In this document: one piece after another, positions 29,343-39,558 of the stretch
Numbering within the stretch: position 1 is the stretch's first letter
How the letters are laid out: every line of letters begins with the position of its first letter
From: an uncultured Chitinophaga sp.
GTDB lineage: Bacteria > Bacteroidota > Bacteroidia > Chitinophagales > LD1
Assembly: GCA_964615305.1 (NCBI GenBank)
Contig: CAZTNA010000007.1
Coordinates: 326-64,325 of the forward strand
Direction: 5' to 3'
DNA length: 64,000 bases
Notes under the pieces: model-generated
The model's database searches: none
The model's input: only the letters and a program-made list of their open reading frames with translations
Told to the model about the DNA's origin: nothing
Position numbers and translations under genes: made by a program

Positions 29343-29726
29343 ATGAAAAAATTACTATTCCCACTCCTGCTTCTTTTTGTAATGATGCAAACAAGCGGGC
29401 AAACTGAACAGTCTATTTACCGATTTGTAACAAAAAGTCAAGCTAAGGTTGTGTTAACAGCTATTTCTAAAGAAGTTAACTTAACTGAAAGTGAGTTAGT
29501 GCAGATAAAAGAATTGATTTATTCAAGTGCTGCGGGGCAAGAAGAAATAAGCAAGCAGCCGGGGGGAAATACCCCGGAAGTAATTGAGAATACCGTTAGA
29601 AGGCAAACCATGCACATAGAGGATAACCTAAAATCTATACTCGGAGAAGCAACATATAAGCAATACCTCTTGAGGAAATCTATTATTGAGAAAACAATCA
29701 GGTCTGCTAATGAAGTAAAGGACTAG
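29343..29726 (+). CDS. Small secreted hypothetical protein
   Basis: Signal peptide MKKLLFPLLLLFVMMQTSGQ, followed by a helical body. Confidence 0.55.
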   Translation: MKKLLFPLLLLFVMMQTSGQTEQSIYRFVTKSQAKVVLTAISKEVNLTESELVQIKELIYSSAAGQEEISKQPGGNTPEVIENTVRRQTMHIEDNLKSILGEATYKQYLLRKSIIEKTIRSANEVKD

Positions 29727-30559
29727 CTATTAAGCGATAGCTTCATATTTAGTTCATTTACAAGTTGAACGGCTACGCGATTAGTATAGGTTTTGGTTTC
29801 GAAATTTTTCACCCACTGAACTCCTTTAACAGCATTAACCAAAAGCACTTCATCTGCTTCCATCAGTTCTTTAGCTTCTACTTCCCTTTCATCTATATTC
29901 TGTTCAAGCATGGAGCATATAAAAGCTCGCATTACACCGTTTACGCAGCCACTTTGCAAATCAGGTGTAACTAGTTTACTGCCCTTTACTAGAAAAACAT
30001 TTGAATGAATGGCTTCACAAAGCTGAGCAGACGAGTTTAGTAAGATTATCTCGTCCCAGTTTTCGGCATTCGCTCTCTGAGCAAAAAAAACAAATGGTAA
30101 AGCACTGCTATTTTTCAAATCACTAATTATGGATGATGGCTTATAACATTCATCGGCTACTCCAACGGTTAAGCCATCTGTACACTCAAACTTACTGTTT
30201 GTTATTGGCTCCATGGAAATAGCATACCCCAGTTCATCCTCATCAGGCAAGTACAATCCTTTACCTTTCCGATAAAACTGCACCCTGACTCGCGCATTTA
30301 GCCAACCTCCGTTAGCAGATGCAAGGTCTAAAACTTTGCTCTCAAACTTCTCGACATTAAATCTTTTTGGAAGGGCAGCCTGTAATACTTCAGCAGTTGA
30401 TTCTATTCTGTAAAAATGAGAATCCAGCAATGGAATTTGCTTGTTAAACATTACCATGCTTTCAAAAAACCCATCGCCATATCTAAATCCCCTGTTACTA
30501 ACAGGGATTAAAGGTTCGTTCTCAGGATAAATATTTCCGTTAAAGTTGATATACAGCAT
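29723..30559 (-). CDS. Class IV aminotransferase / aminodeoxychorismate lyase-like
   Basis: NRGFRYGDGFFES N-terminal motif and fold-type IV pattern. Confidence 0.75.
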   Translation of the reverse strand: MLYINFNGNIYPENEPLIPVSNRGFRYGDGFFESMVMFNKQIPLLDSHFYRIESTAEVLQAALPKRFNVEKFESKVLDLASANGGWLNARVRVQFYRKGKGLYLPDEDELGYAISMEPITNSKFECTDGLTVGVADECYKPSSIISDLKNSSALPFVFFAQRANAENWDEIILLNSSAQLCEAIHSNVFLVKGSKLVTPDLQSGCVNGVMRAFICSMLEQNIDEREVEAKELMEADEVLLVNAVKGVQWVKNFETKTYTNRVAVQLVNELNMKLSLNS

Positions 30560-32069
30560 ACGTCCTATTTCTGAGAATTAATGTTCCAGCGCTTGGTATT
30601 TCGCCTGAGAGCGTAAGCAAATGAGTAACTCCTGTACTTTTTAAATCATTAAGCTGCTCAACTGATAGCGAGTAATAAAAGCTATCGGCCTGTTGACTCA
30701 ATGCAAATCCTTTTAGAGGCATATTTGAGTTCACTCCAAACACTTGCTGAATACGCTCTTCCCACTGCTTGACAAAAAGCTTATTACGTACGTTTGCTTT
30801 AAACTCAACATAGCTGCTACGTTGAGCAAAAAACTTTAATTCTGTGCTATTAAACGGTTGGATAAATACAGCACTAGGCAGAGTTGTTTGTTTTATCCGT
30901 TCACAAATTTCAATAGCATCATCTTTCTGCTTGAAAGAAAACAACTGATTAGGAACACTGTAGGGCAAATAGCTTCTAAAAAACAAAACCGTCAACCAAG
31001 ACAATGTTGTTCCACCTAAAAGGAACGGGGCTTCAAGAGAGCCCAAAATAATTTTCGGTTGTTTATCAAAAACTAGCTCTTCTGTTTTGGCAACTACTGC
31101 AACCACACCAAAATATTTTATCCATGTTGTAACCTTGTAAAATTGAAAATTTACTATGGTAACACTGTGAAAAACATCAACTGAAACAGCGTACATTAAC
31201 ACCCCGGCCAATCCTAAACTTATAAACAGAAAAACAGGGGTTGATTTTTTTGAAAAATAGCATACTCCTATAACAGATAACAGTATAAATACTGCTACTT
31301 TAACTATTGAGAAGCTCGCAAAAAGAAAGTGATGGGGGTGCCTGAACTGAAAGAGAATGTTAAAGAGTTCGGTATCAGATATGGCTGAGTGGCTACTCTT
31401 TTTTACAAGTATCACTAGCAGATATAACCCTGCTGTAACGCCAAAAATTACATTGAACTTTAAAAACACACCAATAGAAACTTGTTTACGTAAAGTGAAA
31501 ATTAATAATACAACAGAAAGCACCAGCATAGTATCTAATCCATCGAGCAATTGAATAAATGTAGCCATTGACATAAATGCTGCGGTCAACAAGTAATTCC
31601 TATCAAGGAAAAAGTTGAGCGCCCAAACAACGATAGCCACTGCCAACCCGCTGGCCTGTAAACACTCAGAGTACAGTTCTACATTACCAAGTGTAAAATC
31701 GTTTAACGGAATAAGTGCTATAAGTATGCATAGCCACGCTGCATATCTGTTTTTTACAAATCTCAGTGCCAATTGCTCGAGTCCTAAAACCAGTGAAACT
31801 GTACACAAAAATTGAAACAAAAAGCAGAAAACCTCAAGATGGCTTGTAAATGGTAACAGCAAATGCGCCATTACAGTTCGTTCATTAGGCACAGTAGCAT
31901 GTAAACCTTGAATAAAAAAATCGTTGACGTAAAGGGACTGGTTTTGCAAGAACAGTGTATAAGGCAAAAGTTCAACCTGATCGCCAGTGCCATACCTATA
32001 TCCAAAACGCAGAATGAGTAAACTCCAGCAAAACACAGCAAAAAATATAGATAGCAGGTGTCGTTTCAT
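30540..32069 (-). CDS. Polytopic membrane protein of unknown function
   Basis: 509 aa, at least 10 predicted TM segments, then a roughly 150 aa soluble C-domain. Overlaps the downstream gene by 20 nt. Confidence 0.6.
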   Translation of the reverse strand: MKRHLLSIFFAVFCWSLLILRFGYRYGTGDQVELLPYTLFLQNQSLYVNDFFIQGLHATVPNERTVMAHLLLPFTSHLEVFCFLFQFLCTVSLVLGLEQLALRFVKNRYAAWLCILIALIPLNDFTLGNVELYSECLQASGLAVAIVVWALNFFLDRNYLLTAAFMSMATFIQLLDGLDTMLVLSVVLLIFTLRKQVSIGVFLKFNVIFGVTAGLYLLVILVKKSSHSAISDTELFNILFQFRHPHHFLFASFSIVKVAVFILLSVIGVCYFSKKSTPVFLFISLGLAGVLMYAVSVDVFHSVTIVNFQFYKVTTWIKYFGVVAVVAKTEELVFDKQPKIILGSLEAPFLLGGTTLSWLTVLFFRSYLPYSVPNQLFSFKQKDDAIEICERIKQTTLPSAVFIQPFNSTELKFFAQRSSYVEFKANVRNKLFVKQWEERIQQVFGVNSNMPLKGFALSQQADSFYYSLSVEQLNDLKSTGVTHLLTLSGEIPSAGTLILRNRTYAVYQL

Positions 32070-32213
32070 TCTATTCTAATGGTTCAATAATCGTAAATAT
32101 TCAGGTTTTCTGTCTTCTTTTTGCACAAACAAACGGTTTTCAACATTAACACACTTATAAATACTGTAAATCTGTGCATCAACAAACCTATTTTCGGATG
32201 AAAAGAAACAACA

Positions 32214-32699
32214 ATGCTTACAGTACACCGTTCCGAAACTTATCGCTTGTTTTTGATAGAAGATAACCCTGCCGAAGTTCGGTTAATGCAGGAGGCCATA
32301 AAAGAAGCTGGCTTGCATGATGATTTGGAGTTGGAGTATGCTTACGATGGCGAAGAAGCCTGTGAAGCCCTCGACACGGCAAAACTGTTAAACAAGCAAT
32401 ACGATTTGGTGCTGCTTGACCTAAACATGCCTAAGGTAACTGGTCGTGAAGTTTTAGAAAAAATCAAAACTGACAGTGAACTTGAAAATACGCCTGTAAT
32501 TGTGGTAACCAACAGCGACTATAAAAAAGATATGATTGACTGCTACCGTTTGCGTGCTGATGGCTATCTTCAGAAGCCTGCTGACTTTAAGAAATTGGTT
32601 GACTTTTTTGTATCAGTTAAAGAATCAATTAAAGTTAAGCACAAACTTTCTATTTATTACATTGAGAAAGTTTACGATGAGCTGAGATTAGCTATTTAA
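32214..32699 (+). CDS. Stand-alone response regulator receiver domain
   Basis: CheY-like pattern: LIEDNPAEV, LLDLNMPKVTG, and K in GYLQKP. Confidence 0.8.
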   Translation: MLTVHRSETYRLFLIEDNPAEVRLMQEAIKEAGLHDDLELEYAYDGEEACEALDTAKLLNKQYDLVLLDLNMPKVTGREVLEKIKTDSELENTPVIVVTNSDYKKDMIDCYRLRADGYLQKPADFKKLVDFFVSVKESIKVKHKLSIYYIEKVYDELRLAI

Positions 32700-33416
32700 C
32701 CCAGCCAACAAAACATCAAAGACCTCTTGTTTAAAATTTTTCGAACGTTTTAGCTCAATAAACGTTTTACCTTCTGTCATAAGCCAGCACTTAGAGCAGT
32801 ATTCAATGGATATTTCAATATCATGGGTAGATAAGATTACCGTAGTCTTTAGGTCTTGTGCTATAGAAGAAAGCAACTCAAGAATTTCTTTTTTACTTCT
32901 AAAATCAAGAAAAGCCGTTGGCTCATCTAAAACAATAACGGGAGTATGCTGACAGAGCGCACGAGCTATCAAAACCTTCTGCTTTTCGCCATCACTTACT
33001 TCATTAAAAAGCTTATTTCGTAGTGGTTGAATTTTCATTAAGGTAATGATTCGGTCCACTTCTTTTGTATCTTTCTCTGTTATGTTACCCAGCCACCCGG
33101 TGTACGGCATTCTGCCAAGCGTAACAAACTCTTTCACTGATATGTTATCAACAAAAATTCGTTCGGTTGAAACAATACTAATGAGTTTGGCTCTTTCGTG
33201 TACCGTTAACCCTTTAAGCTGTTTACCTCCAATAGAGATACTGCCTTTTACAGCATTCTGTAAGCCGGAAATTGTTCTAAGCAGTGTTGACTTACCAATA
33301 CCATTTACGCCCAATAGAGCAATTACCTCTCCTTCATCTGCTACAAATGTAATTTCAGGAAATGTGACTTTATCACGTCCGTACCCTATAGTCAATTTAT
33401 CGGCTTGGAGTTTCAT
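32688..33416 (-). CDS. ABC transporter ATP-binding protein (BtuD/FecE-like)
   Basis: Walker A GVNGIGKST, signature SDGEKQ, Walker B VIVLDEPT. Confidence 0.9.
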   Translation of the reverse strand: MKLQADKLTIGYGRDKVTFPEITFVADEGEVIALLGVNGIGKSTLLRTISGLQNAVKGSISIGGKQLKGLTVHERAKLISIVSTERIFVDNISVKEFVTLGRMPYTGWLGNITEKDTKEVDRIITLMKIQPLRNKLFNEVSDGEKQKVLIARALCQHTPVIVLDEPTAFLDFRSKKEILELLSSIAQDLKTTVILSTHDIEISIEYCSKCWLMTEGKTFIELKRSKNFKQEVFDVLLAGLNS

Positions 33417-34433
33417 TTACAGTTTACGTTGACGAAGTATTATCCATATAACCACAGGTGCACCGAGTAAAGAAGTTATTGCATTAACCGGAAGAATAGT
33501 ATCTGAACCGGGTGTTGCTGCTAGAATATTACATAAACCACAGATCACGGCACCAATCAACCCACAGGCAGGCGTGAGTACTTTATGGTCCGCAGTTTTA
33601 AACACCGCCCGTGATAAGTGCGGCACTGCCAGCCCAACAAACCCTACGGGCCCACAGAATGCTGTAACAGTTCCTGCAAGAATGCTGGTGCAAAGCACTA
33701 TGAGAATTTTTGCATTACGCACGTTTAGGCCGGAACTTGTTGCATAGTTTTCACCAAGCAATAACAGGTTGAGGGGTTTGGTAAGTAACAATGAAAACAT
33801 AACCCCCATGCATACCACCAAGCTTAAAAAAACAACCTGACTGCTATTTACATATCTGAAACTACCGAATGTCCACATTACATAATTTTTCAGTGCTTCG
33901 TTAGAGCTAAATGACTGCATTATGTCTATAAGCGCACTAATACCTCCTCCAATCATTAATCCAACAATGAGTATGGCTACAACATCATTCAAACGAAAAG
34001 AAATAAGAAAGTTAATGAAGAATATAAAAACTGCACCGCCCGCAGCTGCTATCACTATGCTCCAACTGCTCAAAAATTGAACTTCATGAATTCCAAAAAC
34101 AGAAGCCGCCATAATAAAAACTGCTACACCCAAACTTGCTCCTGCACTAATTCCAAGCACGTAAGGTCCTGCCACCGGATTACGAAACATGGTTTGCATC
34201 TGCAAACCACTTACTGATAATCCTGCACCGGCAAGCAAAGCAGAAAGCGCAGACGGCAACCGCGATTCAAGAATAATGTTCCTCCAAGCTTCATTCATTG
34301 ACTTGTTTTGGACTAAAATGTTGAGCACCTCGGTAATGGGAATAGAAACAGAACCCAACACCAATTGCAGAAAAAACACAATTAAGGCAGCAAGCGAAAA
34401 AACAGAAAACAGAGCTGTTTGTTTTATGTTCAT
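33417..34433 (-). CDS. FecCD-family ABC permease (BtuC-like)
   Basis: 338 aa polytopic protein with an FecCD-type pattern (RNPVAGPYVLGISAGASLG). Confidence 0.88.
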   Translation of the reverse strand: MNIKQTALFSVFSLAALIVFFLQLVLGSVSIPITEVLNILVQNKSMNEAWRNIILESRLPSALSALLAGAGLSVSGLQMQTMFRNPVAGPYVLGISAGASLGVAVFIMAASVFGIHEVQFLSSWSIVIAAAGGAVFIFFINFLISFRLNDVVAILIVGLMIGGGISALIDIMQSFSSNEALKNYVMWTFGSFRYVNSSQVVFLSLVVCMGVMFSLLLTKPLNLLLLGENYATSSGLNVRNAKILIVLCTSILAGTVTAFCGPVGFVGLAVPHLSRAVFKTADHKVLTPACGLIGAVICGLCNILAATPGSDTILPVNAITSLLGAPVVIWIILRQRKL

Positions 34434-35614
34434 TTTAATTTTCGGTAATAATACAGTTCATGTTCAGGCAACAGTTGAGGGTGAAAAACAAGAATAAGGT
34501 CAGCAAGTATTTTGTCAGGGTATAGCGGGCCACTTTCCCAAAAGTCGAAACCACCACTTGATGTGTTGCGTTTATCGTTATTATAAACCTTACCTGATCT
34601 AAATGCACTGAACAATGTGTTTTTTTTGTCTGCATCTTCTATTTCATGTAATGAATTGGCAAACCCATTCACCAGCCAATAATCTGCCTTGTGCGCTTTG
34701 GCATAGACGGTTTCGTAATCCAGATTAAGATTCAATCCGTTGGTGGTTTTAGTATTTTGCCACAAAAAATCTCCACCTGCATCAGCAATTAACTTTGCCA
34801 TATAGTTTTCTCCACATGGCATATACCAAATCTCTTTAAATGGAATATTTACAAACACAGTAGGTCGTTTTGAAATTGAAATAACTTTATTTTTAAGAAG
34901 CAGATAGTTGTGCTCAATTTGATTAAAAATACTATCCGCTTCATACTCTTTGTCGTAAAAAGCGGCTATGAACTTTATCCACTCAGCACGGGCCAACGGC
35001 TCCTGCTCCATGTAATCTAAATTCAGTACAGATTTAATGTGCAACGAGTTAAGTTTCAATTTCATTTTATCGCCACCATCCCAACTGCCTGATGTAAACA
35101 CAAAAGCAGGATTAAGTTCTACTATCTTTTCGTAATTCAATTCATCACTTCCTACATCAGCAATTCTGTTTTGCTTTACCCGTTCAACTACTTCCTTGTT
35201 ATAAATCAAAGTCACGTTTGCCACACCGGCAATAGAATCCATCAAACCAAGTTTATCTAAAACTGAGATATGATTGGTAGAAATACAGATGGCCTTACGC
35301 ACAGGTGTATCGAGCAACACAGCGTTTGCAAAGTCTGCAGGAGCAACTTTCCCTTTTGGCAACAAAACATACTGTGCAAGTATCTTTGCGGTATCACGCC
35401 AGTCTTTCACGGTAATAGTCTTAAAACCGTTGTAGTAATCAACCGAAAAACCTTTGGCATATTTTACAGGCAGTGATGTTTCTTTTACACAATGAGGAGC
35501 ATGTGATGGTGCTGTTGTAGTTTTGCTCTTGCAAGACCATAGACCGCAAACGACAGACAACAAAAATACAACAACTGTACCCTTTAAACTATAAACTCTA
35601 AACTGTTTACTCAT
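34430..35614 (-). CDS. Periplasmic binding protein of cobalamin/siderophore class (BtuF-like)
   Basis: Signal/lipobox region, then a class III PBP-like sequence. Translationally coupled to the permease by a 4-nt overlap. Confidence 0.75.
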   Translation of the reverse strand: MSKQFRVYSLKGTVVVFLLSVVCGLWSCKSKTTTAPSHAPHCVKETSLPVKYAKGFSVDYYNGFKTITVKDWRDTAKILAQYVLLPKGKVAPADFANAVLLDTPVRKAICISTNHISVLDKLGLMDSIAGVANVTLIYNKEVVERVKQNRIADVGSDELNYEKIVELNPAFVFTSGSWDGGDKMKLKLNSLHIKSVLNLDYMEQEPLARAEWIKFIAAFYDKEYEADSIFNQIEHNYLLLKNKVISISKRPTVFVNIPFKEIWYMPCGENYMAKLIADAGGDFLWQNTKTTNGLNLNLDYETVYAKAHKADYWLVNGFANSLHEIEDADKKNTLFSAFRSGKVYNNDKRNTSSGGFDFWESGPLYPDKILADLILVFHPQLLPEHELYYYRKLK

Positions 35615-36651
35615 TCATTAAAAATAAAATTGCCGGAAATGACTCCTGCAGTGAAAGAATGAACTTCGTTTCCGTTTTTATCGTACCGGTAAATGCGCGA
35701 GCGCTGTACAAAATCTAGCGCATCGCACACATACACATCACCATTCGCAGAGTTAAGGGCTACCACATAAATGTTTTTGCTGCCTTTCGAAACAAAAACC
35801 TGTCCACTCAAACTTGCATCAGTTGTGTTGGCAGTAAATAAATCGTTGTCAAGATAAATCATTTTGCCATTCGCTTTGTCAATACAAAGCTGCGAAAAAT
35901 GATGCCCGTAATTAGAATGTGATAGAGTTTTGAGGAGACTTAGTGACTGGTCGTAACAAAGCAGTGCCGATTTAAAACCGTTTATAGAATCTTCATCCAT
36001 TGCCAGCCAGATATTTCCTGAGCCGTCAATTTCCATGGCATTGATATCGCGCTTTAAAAACGATTTTGAATCAGCAATTGAATTTGAACCCGGATTAATT
36101 TTTAAAAGTTTGTTATCGGTAGAAGCATCGGTGCTGACGGTGCGCTGCTGCACAAAAACATTTCCGTTGAGCAAAAACATTTTTTCTGTCCAGCCGGTGG
36201 TATAAATACTGGTTACTAATGTCCCTGAAATAAAATTTACAACCCAAATCTTTTTTGCATACAACTCAGTAACATACGCCACACTGTCACTTACCGGAAG
36301 AAAATAGCGCGGTGAAGAGCCGGGGATAGAAATAGTTTTTATCACCGTAAACGATGGCAGTTTCACCACTTCAATCTTCGCAGAATTATTTACCACCACA
36401 TAACCGGTAGAATCAATCACATACATGCTTTGTGCTACATCGCCCAAAGAATAACTGTTAGCTGTATAAAAAATTTCGTTGGTTACTTCCTGCTTATCTG
36501 CATTGTAAACAGATACATCGGCACTACCGAAATTGAAATTGCCTTCGTTAATAATATAAACTCCTGTTTCTGTAGGCAACACTTGCGGATTTTCCTTTTC
36601 GCAAGACGCAACGAACAACAATATCAAACCAACAAAAAGTATCTTCCTCAT
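35611..36651 (-). CDS. Surface beta-propeller lipoprotein (DUF5074/YncE-like; BtuG-like candidate)
   Basis: Lipobox LLFVASC, GVYIINEGNFNFGSADVSVYN motif, and repeated blade-like segments. Confidence 0.65.
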   Translation of the reverse strand: MRKILFVGLILLFVASCEKENPQVLPTETGVYIINEGNFNFGSADVSVYNADKQEVTNEIFYTANSYSLGDVAQSMYVIDSTGYVVVNNSAKIEVVKLPSFTVIKTISIPGSSPRYFLPVSDSVAYVTELYAKKIWVVNFISGTLVTSIYTTGWTEKMFLLNGNVFVQQRTVSTDASTDNKLLKINPGSNSIADSKSFLKRDINAMEIDGSGNIWLAMDEDSINGFKSALLCYDQSLSLLKTLSHSNYGHHFSQLCIDKANGKMIYLDNDLFTANTTDASLSGQVFVSKGSKNIYVVALNSANGDVYVCDALDFVQRSRIYRYDKNGNEVHSFTAGVISGNFIFNE

Positions 36652-38513
36652 TTTCTAATATTAAATCTAATGGTTCCTTCAAAACTTCTGCCTGGCATAG
36701 CACGTTGCGCTACATTCTGATAATTTACACCAACAACATTATTTACGCGAAACGCCAAACCTATTTCATAATCTTCTTTAATAGTAAAATCTTTCCCGAG
36801 TTCTAAATCAAACAAGTAATATCCTTTCAAACTTTGTGAATTGTCAGTAGAGATAAAAACTTTATCGGTGAAAGTAAACACCGGACGCAGATAGAGTTTC
36901 TTCCACTCCAGTTTCAAATTTGCTTTGAGCAAATTCAGTGGTACATAAATCAGTTGCTTGCCCTTAGATTGGTCGAACGGGGTAGCAGCATCGAGGTTTG
37001 TAGCGCATGTGTATGTGTAATTAATGGAACCGTTCAAACTAAAATTGTTGCGCGCAAAATAATTCCATTGGGTATAAACTTCTACTCCGCGTATAAGAAC
37101 ACGCTTTACATTCAGCGGCTGCCAATACGAACCGTTGCTTTGCCACAAAATTAAATCGGAAATGTATTTGCAAAATCCGCTGGCGCGAAATATAAAGTAG
37201 TAGCTGTAATTGTAAGATGCCTGCAACTCGCCATCCCAACTCTTCTCCGTTTTTAAATCAGAATTTCCGCCCGGCACCCAATACAAATCATTTAGTGTAG
37301 GAAACCGGAAATTGCGTGACGCATTCAACAAAAGCTGCACGGTGTGATAACTACTGATTGACTGGCGATAACGTATAGAGAGTGCCGGTGAGAATGGTGA
37401 AAGAATGTTGTCGTAAAGATGCTCGCGTAATTTTACCTGCAACATAATTTCTTTCGCAGGTTCGTAACTTACGGTAGCGGTAAGTTTACCGATATGCCTC
37501 TGACGAACAGAAATATAAGCCGGCACAACAGCTCGTTCAAATTCGTAACCGGCATCTACTTTTACTGAAAATTTCCTCAGCGAATCAAACGAAAAAGAAA
37601 AATTGTTCCGCAACGCTTGCATAATTGATTTATCGTCCAGATAAATTTCGGGGTTTGTATAGCGCAGGTAGTCATGCAAATAGGCAGAAGTACACTCAGT
37701 TTTTACTTTTCTAAAATTTCCTCTCCATGTCAGCATGCTCCGCAAGGAATAATCATCCTGGTTTTCCTTGCTGAGAGGTTTGCTCATCACCGGTGGAATC
37801 TGCCGCTGTGCATCGCTTATCCATACATTGAAAAAAATAGAATGATGCAGATTTAACTGCGCGGCAAATTGCTGCATAAAATGCAGCATGCTTACTTTGC
37901 CGTTGGTTTGCTTTTCTACAGGGCTACCCGCTTTAAAAATATTGACGAACGAAAAATCATTATCCGAATGGAAATAACCGACACGTGTTGTGCCCATCAC
38001 TTTCCCATTTCCGAATTTTGCCTGCGCATACGTACTGATGGTGTTAAAACTTCCATAGGTAAAATGCGCCTGAATAAATACCGATGAATCAACTTTGTTT
38101 TGATTCAATATGTTCAGCGAGCTGCCTACGTTTCCCGTTTCTGAATTTCCGGTCAGGCGCAGTTCATCTGCCAAACCCAAATTAAAAAGCGATACATCTA
38201 CTTGCCCCAGCGAAGGCGAATTGAGTTTAATACCATTCCACAACACATCGTTTTGTGCGGCAGCGGTGCCTCTGTAACTTAAAGAAGTAAGTTGTCCGTT
38301 GCCGTAGCTCTTGATATAAAAGCCAGTGTTTTCGCGCAATAAATCATTCAGGTTTTTAGAAGGAGTAACCAGGTAAAAAATACGCGAGCGGACTATACGT
38401 GTAGCGGTTTTTTCTGCCTGCGGAAGCGTGTAAGTGCGAATAGTATCAGTAATGCTTTGGGCGTTTGCAGTAAATGCAAAAATCAGCAACAGGTATGTTG
38501 CTAAATATTTCAT
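36648..38513 (-). CDS. TonB-dependent outer-membrane receptor (BtuB-like)
   Basis: Signal peptide, plug motifs (GNGQLTSLSYRGTAAAQNDVLWNGIKLNS), and a C-terminal aromatic barrel end. The small 621 aa size is typical of BtuB. Confidence 0.85.
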   Translation of the reverse strand: MKYLATYLLLIFAFTANAQSITDTIRTYTLPQAEKTATRIVRSRIFYLVTPSKNLNDLLRENTGFYIKSYGNGQLTSLSYRGTAAAQNDVLWNGIKLNSPSLGQVDVSLFNLGLADELRLTGNSETGNVGSSLNILNQNKVDSSVFIQAHFTYGSFNTISTYAQAKFGNGKVMGTTRVGYFHSDNDFSFVNIFKAGSPVEKQTNGKVSMLHFMQQFAAQLNLHHSIFFNVWISDAQRQIPPVMSKPLSKENQDDYSLRSMLTWRGNFRKVKTECTSAYLHDYLRYTNPEIYLDDKSIMQALRNNFSFSFDSLRKFSVKVDAGYEFERAVVPAYISVRQRHIGKLTATVSYEPAKEIMLQVKLREHLYDNILSPFSPALSIRYRQSISSYHTVQLLLNASRNFRFPTLNDLYWVPGGNSDLKTEKSWDGELQASYNYSYYFIFRASGFCKYISDLILWQSNGSYWQPLNVKRVLIRGVEVYTQWNYFARNNFSLNGSINYTYTCATNLDAATPFDQSKGKQLIYVPLNLLKANLKLEWKKLYLRPVFTFTDKVFISTDNSQSLKGYYLFDLELGKDFTIKEDYEIGLAFRVNNVVGVNYQNVAQRAMPGRSFEGTIRFNIRK

Positions 38514-39493
38514 TCAACTATTAGTTTCGCAACGTGTGTTCCTGATTGAACGAAGTAAAGACCTGATGGAAAGTTTCGGGTTTCAAGTTTCGAGTTGTGA
38601 CTTGAAATGACTACTCTGCTTACCAAACCACCAACAGCATTGTAAATTTCTACTTCACTTCCAACTAAACTTTCATCTGCTTTCAACTGAACATCTGCAT
38701 TTAAAACGGGATTTGGGTAAAGTTGAAACCTAAAACCTGAAACCTGAAGTTGAGCTAAGTCATTAGGTGCGCCTGAATGAATCACACCTACCGCATCTAA
38801 ATCAAATCCGCTTGAAGCAAAAAGTGTGGGGTAAGGGTCATTTATCTTTTTTCCAAACTGGTCGCGTGTGGCGAAAGCAGAGTCAATTGAGCCAATCACA
38901 TCAATCAAGCGAACATGAGTGATATTGTTTACATCCAAACCAATTTCATTTTTCAATTCTTCTAAATCAAACGGAGTTCCGAAACCGGAAACATATTTTC
39001 CGGCAAGGTTATTTACAAGCGAGCAATCAACACCTACCATTGCCATTTGCGAAGTATCCTGAATATTTGAAGTGGCGGGAAAGCGGAAGAAATTATTTCC
39101 ATCACTACTTACTTCAACAAAAGCAAATTCGAGAAATGCCAAAACTCCGCTTGTATAAAAACCATTTTCGAAAACAGCGAAATCAAAACCCGGGCCGTTA
39201 TAAACCGGCTTAGCAAAAGTAAGCGTAGCACTTCCTCCATCACCCAAACTCACAATTCCGTTTTGCTGCGCCATACCTATAGCCGAATTTGAATCGCCCA
39301 CGCTGGCATAACCTGAATCAGGTTTTGCAATATCCATAAGTCCACGCTGAATACTGCAGCCTGTTGCCCATGCAACAAAGCACGATGAATCTTTTGAAAT
39401 GGCTGTAGTGCCGGGCTGATTAGCGGCCGGTGCAAATTGTGCTTGAGATAAATAAGCAATCATTAACAGGCAGCAGAGCAAAATATTTTTCAT
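38510..39493 (-). CDS. Secreted protein of unknown function with T9SS type A C-terminal sorting domain
   Basis: Signal peptide. C-terminus LYPNPVLNADVQL...GLYFVQSGTHVAKLIVE. The N-domain has no family I can name. Confidence 0.7.
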   Translation of the reverse strand: MKNILLCCLLMIAYLSQAQFAPAANQPGTTAISKDSSCFVAWATGCSIQRGLMDIAKPDSGYASVGDSNSAIGMAQQNGIVSLGDGGSATLTFAKPVYNGPGFDFAVFENGFYTSGVLAFLEFAFVEVSSDGNNFFRFPATSNIQDTSQMAMVGVDCSLVNNLAGKYVSGFGTPFDLEELKNEIGLDVNNITHVRLIDVIGSIDSAFATRDQFGKKINDPYPTLFASSGFDLDAVGVIHSGAPNDLAQLQVSGFRFQLYPNPVLNADVQLKADESLVGSEVEIYNAVGGLVSRVVISSHNSKLETRNFPSGLYFVQSGTHVAKLIVE

Positions 39494-39558
39494 AAGGATT
39501 TATGTTATAAATTAAAAAGAGATGCCGCCATTTTGAGTAGCGACATCTCCTTCTTGAA

